Assembly (NCBI GenBank): GCA_050294405.1
Contig: JBNKOC010000012.1
Coordinates: 224,001-288,000, forward strand
Length of the DNA: 64,000 bases
Direction: 5' to 3'
DNA from: Fibrobacteria bacterium
Lineage (GTDB): Bacteria; Fibrobacterota; Fibrobacteria; UBA11236; JADFYW01
Below the pieces are notes generated by a model. It was not told where the DNA came from and ran no database searches. It saw nothing but the letters and a program-made list of their open reading frames with translations. The translations under genes were made by a program, and so were the position numbers. Within the stretch, counting starts at the first letter, position 1. Each line of letters opens with the position of its first letter. This document shows, piece by piece, positions 40,533 through 49,393 of the stretch.

Positions 40533-42326
40533 ATGAAAAACCTCTTTGAATACTTTGTCCCGAATAAGAAATTCACTTCTCTCGGCCGGGAAGATTTAAG
40601 AAAGGCCAAAATACTTTCGGTCATTTCCATCATAATTCCATCAATACTTTTTATCATTTTATTTACATACTTTTGGGAAGCTAATGTGCCTCCCATTCGA
40701 TATTTTGATTTTGGCTTTGGCATTCTGTTTTTTTTAGTTGGCTTTTATTTAAAAATCACAGCTAACATTGCCGCCGCGAGCAGGCTAATTATTTTCCTTG
40801 GCTTTTGCTTTATGGTTTGGAGCTCCCTAATGGACGCCTTCTTCCCAAATGCAAGTTTTGCCTGGTTTGGAGCCATTGTTTTGCTCTCTATACATGTGTT
40901 AAATTGGAAATGGGGATATGCTACAGCATTGATTTCCTTTGCTTATATTGGTTTCCTTTATTCTTTAGGCGCTAACACGGACTTGATAAAATTAGTTCAT
41001 CCTCAGCCAGAACTGGGAATTATGGCGGATGTTTTTGTATACGGGCTGTTTTATGTATTTATAGCCTTTGCTGTGGGAGAACTGGAAAAAAATAGAATAG
41101 AAGCGTTAAATGAAATAACGCATTTGAATAAGCAATTGGAAGTGGAAAAAGATAAGGCTGTTGATGTAGCGAGATTAAAAACTGAATTTCTAGCTAATAT
41201 GAGTCACGAGATTCGCACTCCCATGAATGGAGTGCTCGGTATGGCGGATTTGCTTTCTCAGGCAGATTTAAGTGAAGAGCATAAATTGTATCTGGAAACC
41301 ATATGCAATTCCAGTGAAATGCTTCAATCTATTTTAAATGATGTTTTGGACTTTTCAAAAATGGAGTCGCAAAAATTAAATCTGGTGTATGAGCCCTTTG
41401 ATTTGAAAAAATGCATTGAGGAAACTCTGGTGCTTTATAAGGGCAATGCCATTCAAAAAGGTATAAAGCTCGATTTGATAGTAGACGACGATATTCCTCA
41501 ATACATTTATGGGGATTCCATTCGTTATAAACAAATACTTTCCAATCTTGTGAACAATGCCATAAAATTCACAGAATCGGGTGGAGTAAAAGTGTTGGTT
41601 TCTCTTAAACCGGATAAAAGCAAGGAACAGAATATATTAACCGTAAGTGTAAAAGACACAGGTTGTGGAATTTCAGAAAAAAATTTGCAAAAGCTCTTTA
41701 CTCCATTTACCCAGGCAGATAGTTCCATAACCAGAAACTTTGGAGGGACAGGGCTTGGATTGAGTATATGTTACGGGCTGCTGAATTTAATGAATGGGAA
41801 AATATATGCCAAAAGCCAAATCAATGAGGGCAGTGAATTTGTTTTTGAAATTCCTATAACTAAAGCGAAAATAATAAAGCATCTAAAAAAAGACCGGGTT
41901 AATGAATTGGACAAAAACCTTTCTTACAAAACTCTGATTGTTGAAGACAATCCTGTAAATCAAATGGTGCTTTCCAAAATGCTTCAAAACTTTGGATTGA
42001 CACCGGATAAAGTAAATAGCGGCTTGGATGCGATTCAGCAAGCTCAGAGAAATAATTATGATATTATTTTTATGGATTGTCATATGCCGGGAATAAGCGG
42101 GTTTGAAGCCTCTGAAAAAATTAAGAAGCTTAAGTTAAAAAAGGACCCGCTGATTATTGCAGTAACGGCGGATGTTTTTAATGAGAACAGGCAAAGATGT
42201 ATACAATCAGGAATGAGCAAATTTATTACTAAGCCTGTTCGCTATGAGGTATTGAAAGAACTTCTTGCAGAGTTTTCTACAAACTCAGATCCGAAGAATG
42301 CAAGTTCTAAAATTAATCAGGCTTAG
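40533..42326 (+). CDS. Hybrid sensor histidine kinase/response regulator with multi-TM input
   Basis: FLANMSHEIRTPMNG, NLVNNAIKFT, GGTGLGL; receiver VEDN...FMDCHMP...KP. Confidence 0.93.
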   Translation: MKNLFEYFVPNKKFTSLGREDLRKAKILSVISIIIPSILFIILFTYFWEANVPPIRYFDFGFGILFFLVGFYLKITANIAAASRLIIFLGFCFMVWSSLMDAFFPNASFAWFGAIVLLSIHVLNWKWGYATALISFAYIGFLYSLGANTDLIKLVHPQPELGIMADVFVYGLFYVFIAFAVGELEKNRIEALNEITHLNKQLEVEKDKAVDVARLKTEFLANMSHEIRTPMNGVLGMADLLSQADLSEEHKLYLETICNSSEMLQSILNDVLDFSKMESQKLNLVYEPFDLKKCIEETLVLYKGNAIQKGIKLDLIVDDDIPQYIYGDSIRYKQILSNLVNNAIKFTESGGVKVLVSLKPDKSKEQNILTVSVKDTGCGISEKNLQKLFTPFTQADSSITRNFGGTGLGLSICYGLLNLMNGKIYAKSQINEGSEFVFEIPITKAKIIKHLKKDRVNELDKNLSYKTLIVEDNPVNQMVLSKMLQNFGLTPDKVNSGLDAIQQAQRNNYDIIFMDCHMPGISGFEASEKIKKLKLKKDPLIIAVTADVFNENRQRCIQSGMSKFITKPVRYEVLKELLAEFSTNSDPKNASSKINQA

Positions 42327-42936
42327 CGGTAATTTGGGGAAGCTCTCCAAACTCAATATTTACTTTGTATTGAAGTAGCGGTTCTGTTAGAAAGTCATTG
42401 TAATAGGTTATCCATCGGTCGCTGCGTTCGGATTTGTCTTTGCAGGAGATCCCCTTTTTTTCATTGCCATCTTTATCCATGTATTTGCGGATGCAGGTGA
42501 CTTCCACGGACTCCCCGATGGGGATATCTTTTTTATTTTGATCTTCATATTGAATTCGAACCTTTCCCATGGCATGGGGGTAGGTTAGATGCCTGAATTC
42601 CAGTTCCGTTTGATACACTTTCCACATGCAATTGGAGGCTTTTTTCCAGGTCATAGGAACATCTAAAGAATATTCGCTTTCGATAGTATTGACTTCGTAG
42701 CTTTCTTTTTTCCGCAAAGGAACCATTACGATGGAGTCGGGACTGTATGTTTCGCAACCCTGGCCTAAACCCTCTGTGCGAAACTTCACATGGACCCGAA
42801 GGAGCACTTCCATTGGCTTTTTACCAGAAATTTTAAGCGCCTTTGTAATTTGGGGGGCAGCATAAGAAGTACAGGACAAAGCAAAACCCAAGAGCATACA
42901 ATAATGTTTGTAATATTTAGAATTTATCTTTATCAA
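42313..42936 (-). CDS. Exported Cys-containing hypothetical protein
   Basis: Signal-like segment; four Cys in the mature part; start codon uncertain. Confidence 0.55.
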   Translation of the reverse strand: MIKINSKYYKHYCMLLGFALSCTSYAAPQITKALKISGKKPMEVLLRVHVKFRTEGLGQGCETYSPDSIVMVPLRKKESYEVNTIESEYSLDVPMTWKKASNCMWKVYQTELEFRHLTYPHAMGKVRIQYEDQNKKDIPIGESVEVTCIRKYMDKDGNEKKGISCKDKSERSDRWITYYNDFLTEPLLQYKVNIEFGELPQITAKPD

Positions 42937-43074
42937 AATTACTAATGGCTAAATGGGCAAAAAAAGGCACTTCCTCATAAAAAAAGATAATCACAAAACG
43001 ATTTTTTTCAAAATAGGCTCCTTAAGAATGGAATTTTTGGGGTTTTTTAGAGGATTTTAACTAGTTTTTTATCC

Positions 43075-43761
43075 ATGCCAATCTATAAAGGTCAGACTAG
43101 TAAAAGTGTGGACATTGAGTTAAAGTCTTACTTGGTGGCAGCCCATTGGATTCAAAATAGGGCCGCCCAAGGAGGAAAGGCTACTCTGGAACTACAAACA
43201 GCCTATGTTGCTGATGATACTGAAATTAAAATTCAAGTAAAAGACAACAAGGGCAATTCCTACGATAAATTATCCGGTCGGATTTATTCGAATTTTTATA
43301 GAAAGATTGTTTCTGTTCCCAAAGGCGATTACAACAGCTTAATGTTCGAAGCAGAACTGGTTGGCCATGGAATTAAAAAACTGTCCTCTGCTTTGCAGGT
43401 ACAGCCTCCAATAAATTTTGGAAAATTAACGCCAAGCAGCACCGAAGGTAAGGGCGATAAGTTAACAGTACAATTTGCTGATATGGTAAAGTTAGAGGGT
43501 GAGCTGAAAGGAGTTAAAGACGGTGAGCCTGTACAAGTAGAATTGTATTGGATAAAAGAAGAAGACACTCCAGCCTTTCTAATAAAGTCATTTAAAACTG
43601 TTTGTAAAGCCGGAAAAATTTCGGTTTTATGGGATGGTAAACTGGAAGATGCTCCAAAATCTTCTAAGCTATATTTTGAAATTTCTTGTTTGGGAAGTAC
43701 ATCCACAAAAAGCGAAGAGTTTGACTACTCTAATTTAAAAGAGTTTTCTTTTTCCAATTAA
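43075..43761 (+). CDS. Hypothetical protein with two Ig-like beta repeats
   Basis: ATG start; two internally similar halves that resemble the C-terminal extension of the neighbouring PAAR protein. Confidence 0.6.
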   Translation: MPIYKGQTSKSVDIELKSYLVAAHWIQNRAAQGGKATLELQTAYVADDTEIKIQVKDNKGNSYDKLSGRIYSNFYRKIVSVPKGDYNSLMFEAELVGHGIKKLSSALQVQPPINFGKLTPSSTEGKGDKLTVQFADMVKLEGELKGVKDGEPVQVELYWIKEEDTPAFLIKSFKTVCKAGKISVLWDGKLEDAPKSSKLYFEISCLGSTSTKSEEFDYSNLKEFSFSN

Positions 43762-43813
43762 GGGACGCTTTTAAAGTGGTCCTTACTATCCAGCGTTGCT
43801 TCTAAGTCGACGC

Positions 43814-44872
43814 TTAACTTTCTGCCTTAATAAATTTTACGCTGTATTCTCCGGGAGGGACATTTTCCTCCACTGCATGGCCGTCCTTATCAAGTTTTCC
43901 ATTGCGAATGGAGCCGTCAGCAAAATACATATAGTATTCCAGATCCGTTATGGGGTTTCCGTCTTCTGTTTTTAAATTTATTTCCGCAAAATCATGTATC
44001 TCAAGATAATTGCTCACTCCCATTAAATTTCCACGGCTAATGCTGAATTGTAATTTTTGCAGAGCCATTCCCTCTGTAGGAATAGTCCAATTGTGCTTTA
44101 ACTTTTTTCCGGAGATGCTAACATCTTCGCTATGCACAAGCTGGCTGCCTTCATTATTAAAATTGTGGATTTGCAAAAGCAAAGTGGAGGAGCTTTCCTC
44201 GATATCAATATCTGCCTCCAGAGTTAGCTTTTCTCCGGGCTTTGATTCAGTCGCGCTCCACTTACAATTGGCCACGGCCCCTAAGTCCATGGAAAACTGG
44301 CCATCCTTGGCAAGACCCACATGGTTGGCTTGCCCGGCAATTGTGGAAGAACCAATAATCTCTTCGTTAGAGGGACCTAGAATTTGATATAAGAGCCCAT
44401 TAATGATTTTTCCGGCCCCGTCTTTGAAAATCACATCAATAAATGGGGATTTATCCGATGTATCTGAAAAGTCCTCCGGTTCTAAAGCTTTTACTTTTTT
44501 TGGCCCTGTTATTTGAGCGCCCTTTGCTTTGGAGGCTTTATTTGCGGAAGAGGCGGAACTTCCAGATCCCACTTCGCCAATCAGAACATTTACGGCACCT
44601 AAAATAATGGTGGATGGCGGTCCAACACATACTGCCATATCGCCCATACGGGCTGCTGGTTTTTTTCCAATAAACACCCCGGTGCTTCCCAAGATAATGG
44701 GACCGCCAACATGGGGAATGGGTGGCGTCGCCGGAGTGGCCATGGGGCATGTATGCATATCGCCCAGTGTTGCCGCCGGTTTTTTTCCAATCATTACCGT
44801 GGGCACACCCGGGCCGGTAATTAAGCCTCCGTGGGCAGTGTTATCGGCTAGTCTTGCGGCAGGTTTTCCCAT
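43814..44872 (-). CDS. PAAR spike-tip protein with C-terminal extension
   Basis: Three PAAR motifs (KPAARL, KPAATL, KPAARM) with His/Cys zinc-type ligands; extension ends in a transthyretin-like 'EDGNPI..LEY...ADG..RNGKLDKDGHA..NVPPG' domain. Confidence 0.9.
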   Translation of the reverse strand: MGKPAARLADNTAHGGLITGPGVPTVMIGKKPAATLGDMHTCPMATPATPPIPHVGGPIILGSTGVFIGKKPAARMGDMAVCVGPPSTIILGAVNVLIGEVGSGSSASSANKASKAKGAQITGPKKVKALEPEDFSDTSDKSPFIDVIFKDGAGKIINGLLYQILGPSNEEIIGSSTIAGQANHVGLAKDGQFSMDLGAVANCKWSATESKPGEKLTLEADIDIEESSSTLLLQIHNFNNEGSQLVHSEDVSISGKKLKHNWTIPTEGMALQKLQFSISRGNLMGVSNYLEIHDFAEINLKTEDGNPITDLEYYMYFADGSIRNGKLDKDGHAVEENVPPGEYSVKFIKAES

Positions 44873-44877
44873 TCTGA

Positions 44878-46002
44878 TTATACCTTGCTGTGGACACCAG
44901 CTTTAGCCGTTTCGATTCCAAATTCAAAGTTGGTAAATTCTTCCATAGCTTCCGGTCCTTTATAATATGCGCTTCCCCGCCACACCAGGCTAAGCAGGTT
45001 TTTTTCCTTATATATTTCCGCTGTTTGCAGAACCATGCTCATGTTCTCAGGCCCTTCTCCCACATCCAACCAACAACTGGGTTGGATATCTGGAAGGTCA
45101 AAATAAAATTGAGGGAAGTTCTTATCTAAATAATGCAATGCAATTCTTTCGTTTCCCTTTAAATAGGGCATGGAGAGGCCTGAAGAAGCGCCGCAAAAAA
45201 ACCTGTGGTTCATCATGGGGGTGGCCGGAGGAGGCACGCTGTCAGCGCCAGTTCCTATTTCGGGCATATTTCTAATGGATTCCTGACGCATCATTTCATT
45301 TTCCATAAATTCATCTGGCGCTAAACCGGAAAATGTATAGCGGGGGTAAAAGTTTTTTCCCACATAGCCAAGTCCTGCGGGTTCGGGCCATTTTATCCAG
45401 TTCTCGTATTTTTCCAAAGCCAGGTTGGAAGGAGTCAGAAGTTGGCTTGGGTTTTCCAGATTGGGAAGCTCCAAATCCTGAAGTGAACTTTGATTTTTTT
45501 TAACTACAAACCCTTTGCCAAGTGGGTTTTTTTGATAGCTGTACTCCATACCCTGTTCTGATTTTAAATCTTTGCCCCCATAGGCAAGGTTATAAGATAT
45601 GGGCATCTCTTCAAATGCAATTGGATCTGAAAATTTTATTCCTGTGGGAAGAGCAATAGCTCTCCTGTTTCCAATGGCTCTTATAATTTTTTTTCGGTTG
45701 GCGACCTGAAGCCCTACATCAAGATAGTATGCTTTTTTACCTGGGGGACAATGGGCGTTGCCGTGAAAGACAACATCGGTTAATGGTTTAAATGCGATTA
45801 AATCCGATTCATGTACTATAGCCTGTGAGTTGGAACCGCCTTTTTTTTCGCTAACATCATTTTCATATATTTCAATTTGTTGAGAATCGCTAAATTTTGC
45901 CCGGGCCCTGTTCTCAATATCAAAACTTGCTTTGGCGATAATGCTTAAAATTGGGGCACCATTAGGCGCATAACCAGGTACAATGGCTTTTAAAAAATTC
46001 AT
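44878..46002 (-). CDS. DUF2169 family T6SS/CIS adaptor
   Basis: ESDLIAFKPLTDV, AYGG, NPLGKGF, LPNLE, PAGLG, YLKGNE, LSLVWRG. Confidence 0.88.
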   Translation of the reverse strand: MNFLKAIVPGYAPNGAPILSIIAKASFDIENRARAKFSDSQQIEIYENDVSEKKGGSNSQAIVHESDLIAFKPLTDVVFHGNAHCPPGKKAYYLDVGLQVANRKKIIRAIGNRRAIALPTGIKFSDPIAFEEMPISYNLAYGGKDLKSEQGMEYSYQKNPLGKGFVVKKNQSSLQDLELPNLENPSQLLTPSNLALEKYENWIKWPEPAGLGYVGKNFYPRYTFSGLAPDEFMENEMMRQESIRNMPEIGTGADSVPPPATPMMNHRFFCGASSGLSMPYLKGNERIALHYLDKNFPQFYFDLPDIQPSCWLDVGEGPENMSMVLQTAEIYKEKNLLSLVWRGSAYYKGPEAMEEFTNFEFGIETAKAGVHSKV

Positions 46003-46022
46003 TTCTTTAAAATGTAATTTAT

Positions 46023-47036
46023 TTAGGATTTGGAACTGTGATGCAGATCACTTGATTTTATTTTATCGGCGGTTTGATAAATCTCAGTGGTATTTGAATC
46101 CCGAGGTAAGATAAAAACCTCTACCGGATGACGGATGCCCTTTAAGGAAACCTGACCAATAGATAAAAATTGATTTTGCCGGCTATCAAGAGCTCTGATA
46201 AATTCACCGGAAGCTAAAACCCGATTTTTTTCTGGGAGCTCAAACTGCAGTTTGGAAATAAAATCCGAAGCTTGCGCCTTTTCCAGTTTGAAAGCAATGT
46301 TTAAATCATTGCCATGCCTGTCGGGAAGGTCGTTGCTAAACTGCAGAGTTTTGCCCTTGTGTAAAGACATGCGAACCTCAAGGGGAAAAAAATCGCTGGT
46401 TTTGTTCCGATATTGAATGCGGTTTTTCAGCAACATAGCTGCATCTAGAGCGTTTTGGGCATTGTTAAAGGTGGCAAAAAATCCGTCCCCGGTATTTTTC
46501 ACAAAATTGGCGGGATGTTTATCCCAAACCGAATCGCTGATTTCCACCAGTCGGCTTTTCAAATGTATGGCGGTTTGATCCCCGTATTGATTTGCCATCA
46601 AAGTGGAGTTACACATGTCCAAAACCAAAATGGATTCTTCCAGCTGAATGGCCTTCATTTGACCGTGAAAGGTCTCCCGCCAGTTTTTCATTTTCACAAG
46701 GTTGGAATGATCCTGGGTGTGAAAATATTCGGCTACTACAAGTGTTTGCCCTATTCTAATGGAAGCCGGATTGCTGATGCGCGCCATTTTATTGATCTTT
46801 TCATTTTTGCCGGGATACTGAACATACACCCCGTTGGTGCTGTTTAAATCTTCAGCAATGATGGATTCTCCATCAAAAAAAAGTCGGCAATGGACACTGG
46901 AGACTTGTAAATCCTTAAGGATTTGGATGTCATTTTCCGAAGAGCGCCCCAGGGTGATAAAATCCTTTTCATACCTTTGGCTTCGCTTTTCTGAAGCTTC
47001 CTCGAATTCTATTTGCCAAAAATGAGTCACCTGCAA
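46023..47036 (-). CDS. FHA domain - class III adenylate/guanylate cyclase fusion
   Basis: FHA: LGRS..ND...VSSVH...EDLNSTNG; cyclase: LDMCNST, VKNTGDG, RMSLHKG, DRHGNDLNIAFKLE, LKG; start at TTG 47036 or GTG 47030. Confidence 0.85.
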   Translation of the reverse strand: MQVTHFWQIEFEEASEKRSQRYEKDFITLGRSSENDIQILKDLQVSSVHCRLFFDGESIIAEDLNSTNGVYVQYPGKNEKINKMARISNPASIRIGQTLVVAEYFHTQDHSNLVKMKNWRETFHGQMKAIQLEESILVLDMCNSTLMANQYGDQTAIHLKSRLVEISDSVWDKHPANFVKNTGDGFFATFNNAQNALDAAMLLKNRIQYRNKTSDFFPLEVRMSLHKGKTLQFSNDLPDRHGNDLNIAFKLEKAQASDFISKLQFELPEKNRVLASGEFIRALDSRQNQFLSIGQVSLKGIRHPVEVFILPRDSNTTEIYQTADKIKSSDLHHSSKS

Positions 47037-47156
47037 AAAATACTTAATGTGGAGTGTTGGCTAAAGGTGTTCGCACAAGTTTAAGGTTGGCCTTGATGGA
47101 GTTAAAAGTATCCATTTTTTGAACCTTTCTAAAAAAACTCAAATAAGCGAAGATTT

Positions 47157-48203
47157 TTAACCTAATAATTCTGAGGAAAATAGGTTTAGGCATTGTGCCC
47201 AGGCATCATCTGCGTTTAAGGCGGGGATTTGCACAAAACTCTCGCCTCCCAGGCTTTTAAAAAGTTCGGCATTTTGTATCGCCATTTCTTCCAAAGTTTC
47301 CAGACAGTCCGCCACAAAACTGGGGCTGGTGGATAAAATCCTTTTGACACCTTTGCGGGCCAGCTTTTCGATAACCTCCACGGTGTAAGGCTCCACCCAT
47401 TTTGCCCTCCCCAACCTGGATTGAAAACACAGGGTGAACTTATCTTCTGGAATTTTAAACTTTTCGGAAATAGCTTTGCTGATATAATAACATTGCGCCC
47501 GATAACATTTTGAGTTTTCGGGGACTATGTTATGACAACATGTATAGTTTTCGGCGGCGCAAAATCCGGCCGCTCCTTCTGTTTGTTTTAAATGGCTGAC
47601 TGGCAAACCGTGAAAACTTAAAACCAGATGATCCCAGTTTTTGCTGCTTATGTAAGGTTCCATGTTTGCAAACAGAGCGGATAAATAGCTGGGGTGATTA
47701 TAGAAAGGCTCTAAAATTTTGAGATCAATCTTGTTTTGAGAATCGAGATTTGAAAGAGCTTTTTTTGTTCTTTCAATTACTGTGTAAAAAGTGGAATTGG
47801 CGTATTGGGGGTATAAGGGCACCAGACCTATGGATGTTACGGATTGCTGTTGCAGTTTTTTGATTTTGGATTCAATGGAGGGCTCTCCGTAGCGCATGGC
47901 GTATTCTACAAGGTATTTGCCTTCGCATAGCCTTTTAACTTTTTCATTTATTTGTTCCGTATAGAGCACCAGGGGTGATCCGGAAGGGTTTTGGCTCCAG
48001 ATAGTGCTGTAAGCATGGGCGGATTTTTTATGCCTGAAGGGAGCGATAATTCCATGAACCAAAAGCCAGCGAAGCAAAAAAGGAAGATTAATTACATGTT
48101 TATCCATCAAAAATTCTTTTAAGTATTGGCTAACATCAGGTGGATTGGGGCTTTTCGGGGAGCCCAGATTAACTAATAATATGGCTTTTTCGGGATTATC
48201 CAT
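47157..48203 (-). CDS. hemH: Ferrochelatase
   Basis: LLVNLGSP, AMRYGEP, PLYPQY, SFHGLP, FQSRLG..WVEPYT, FVADCLETLEE. Confidence 0.96.
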   Translation of the reverse strand: MDNPEKAILLVNLGSPKSPNPPDVSQYLKEFLMDKHVINLPFLLRWLLVHGIIAPFRHKKSAHAYSTIWSQNPSGSPLVLYTEQINEKVKRLCEGKYLVEYAMRYGEPSIESKIKKLQQQSVTSIGLVPLYPQYANSTFYTVIERTKKALSNLDSQNKIDLKILEPFYNHPSYLSALFANMEPYISSKNWDHLVLSFHGLPVSHLKQTEGAAGFCAAENYTCCHNIVPENSKCYRAQCYYISKAISEKFKIPEDKFTLCFQSRLGRAKWVEPYTVEVIEKLARKGVKRILSTSPSFVADCLETLEEMAIQNAELFKSLGGESFVQIPALNADDAWAQCLNLFSSELLG

Positions 48204-48247
48204 GAGTATATAATAAAAAAACTCCTCAAACTCTTCAGGTTAATTTC

Positions 48248-48490
48248 AGAACCCATCTCAAAATAAACTCTGAATTCCACTCGCTTCGGGCATCGTTCTG
48301 CTTTGTCCCGCTCCATGCACGAAATTTTGCCATTTCACCTGGTTGCACCTTCGCATCCAGCTTTAGTACCCAACGGGCTTGCCAGTAACTGACAGCTGCT
48401 TTCCACACATCCCTGCGCCCCGGCTGCACTTCGGGTATAACTTGTTCTTACATCGTCGCTGTTCAACGATTTTATTTTGAGATGGGTTCT
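48248..48490. mobile_element. 243-bp MITE-like non-autonomous element
   Basis: Perfect 20-bp terminal inverted repeats AGAACCCATCTCAAAATAAA (48248-48267) / TTTATTTTGAGATGGGTTCT (48471-48490); GC-richer interior; no transposase. Confidence 0.7.
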
Positions 48491-48528
48491 ACCAATATAA
48501 ACAGCTTAAAATTTTATATAATTAGAGC

Positions 48529-49260
48529 ATGATTTTTTTATTCAAATCCATTTTGACCTTCAAAATTCTGTTTTACATGATGTATCATGTGGCCATTTAT
48601 TACAGTATTCTTTTGGTAAACAAATCAAAACTCGGCCCCTGGCTTGAACAAAAGGTCAGTTTGTGGGCCCATTATTGCATCCGTTTGTTGGGGAATGGCA
48701 TCGAATGTGAGGGCAGCAACAATCTCGATAAAATAGCTTGGAACAGGCATGTTTTTTTTGTGGCCAACCACCAAAGCTATTATGATATTCCAAGCTTACT
48801 GTCCTGCTCGGAAAAAATGCTTGGCTTTGTGGCAAAATATGAACTGGGGCGAATTCCCTTTTTAAACTATTGGATGAAAAAAATTGGCTGTGTTTTTATC
48901 AACCGCAAAAAATTCACCACGGCAATACGTAAATTAAAAGCTCTGGAAAAACGGGGACGGCCAGCTCATCTTGTCTGTTTTCCTGAAGGGACCCGCTCTA
49001 AAAACGGGAGCTTAAGCCCATTCAAAACGGGAGTACTGAAAATGGCCTGGCAACTGGATTCAGTGTTACTTCCCTCCCTTATAGTGGGCACTCGGCAGGC
49101 TTGGGAAGGCAGAAAAAGCTTAAAACCAGGAACTCCAATTCGGGTTCGATTTTTGGAGCCTATAGACTTAAAAGAAGTGAAAAAAGAAAAAAAGTTTGAT
49201 GCTTTTTTTAAGGAGTTTGAGGAAACTTTTAATACAGAGTATTCCAGCCTTTCTAAATGA
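48529..49260 (+). CDS. plsC: 1-acyl-sn-glycerol-3-phosphate acyltransferase family
   Basis: NHQSYYD, FVAKYEL, FPEGTRS motifs. Confidence 0.85.
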   Translation: MIFLFKSILTFKILFYMMYHVAIYYSILLVNKSKLGPWLEQKVSLWAHYCIRLLGNGIECEGSNNLDKIAWNRHVFFVANHQSYYDIPSLLSCSEKMLGFVAKYELGRIPFLNYWMKKIGCVFINRKKFTTAIRKLKALEKRGRPAHLVCFPEGTRSKNGSLSPFKTGVLKMAWQLDSVLLPSLIVGTRQAWEGRKSLKPGTPIRVRFLEPIDLKEVKKEKKFDAFFKEFEETFNTEYSSLSK

Positions 49261-49276
49261 AACTCCTGGGGTTGTG

Positions 49277-49351
49277 TTACAGGCCCAATAACTTCAGAGC
49301 TTCGCCTTCATGGCCCCCAAAATAGGAGCAAATTCGACATTTAAAATTCAT
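49277..49351 (-). CDS. Putative 24-aa small protein MNFKCRICSYFGGHEGEALKLLGL (below the ORF-track cutoff)
   Basis: Strong SD GGGAGAGG just upstream of ATG; CxxC-x5-H; 42 nt after the helicase stop, same strand. Confidence 0.4.
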   Translation of the reverse strand: MNFKCRICSYFGGHEGEALKLLGL

Positions 49352-49393
49352 AATCCTCTCCCGATTATCTTTTAAATTGAAAAAGGCTAAGTT

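Noticed and set aside
46023..47036. Pycsar/CBASS-type antiphage cyclase
   Set aside because: Purine-type Lys/Asp specificity residues, an FHA fusion and no adjacent cNMP-binding TM/TIR effector
48235..48429. 64-aa ORF inside the MITE as a transposase remnant
   Set aside because: No DDE or HTH motif, and it reads through the TIR; likely spurious
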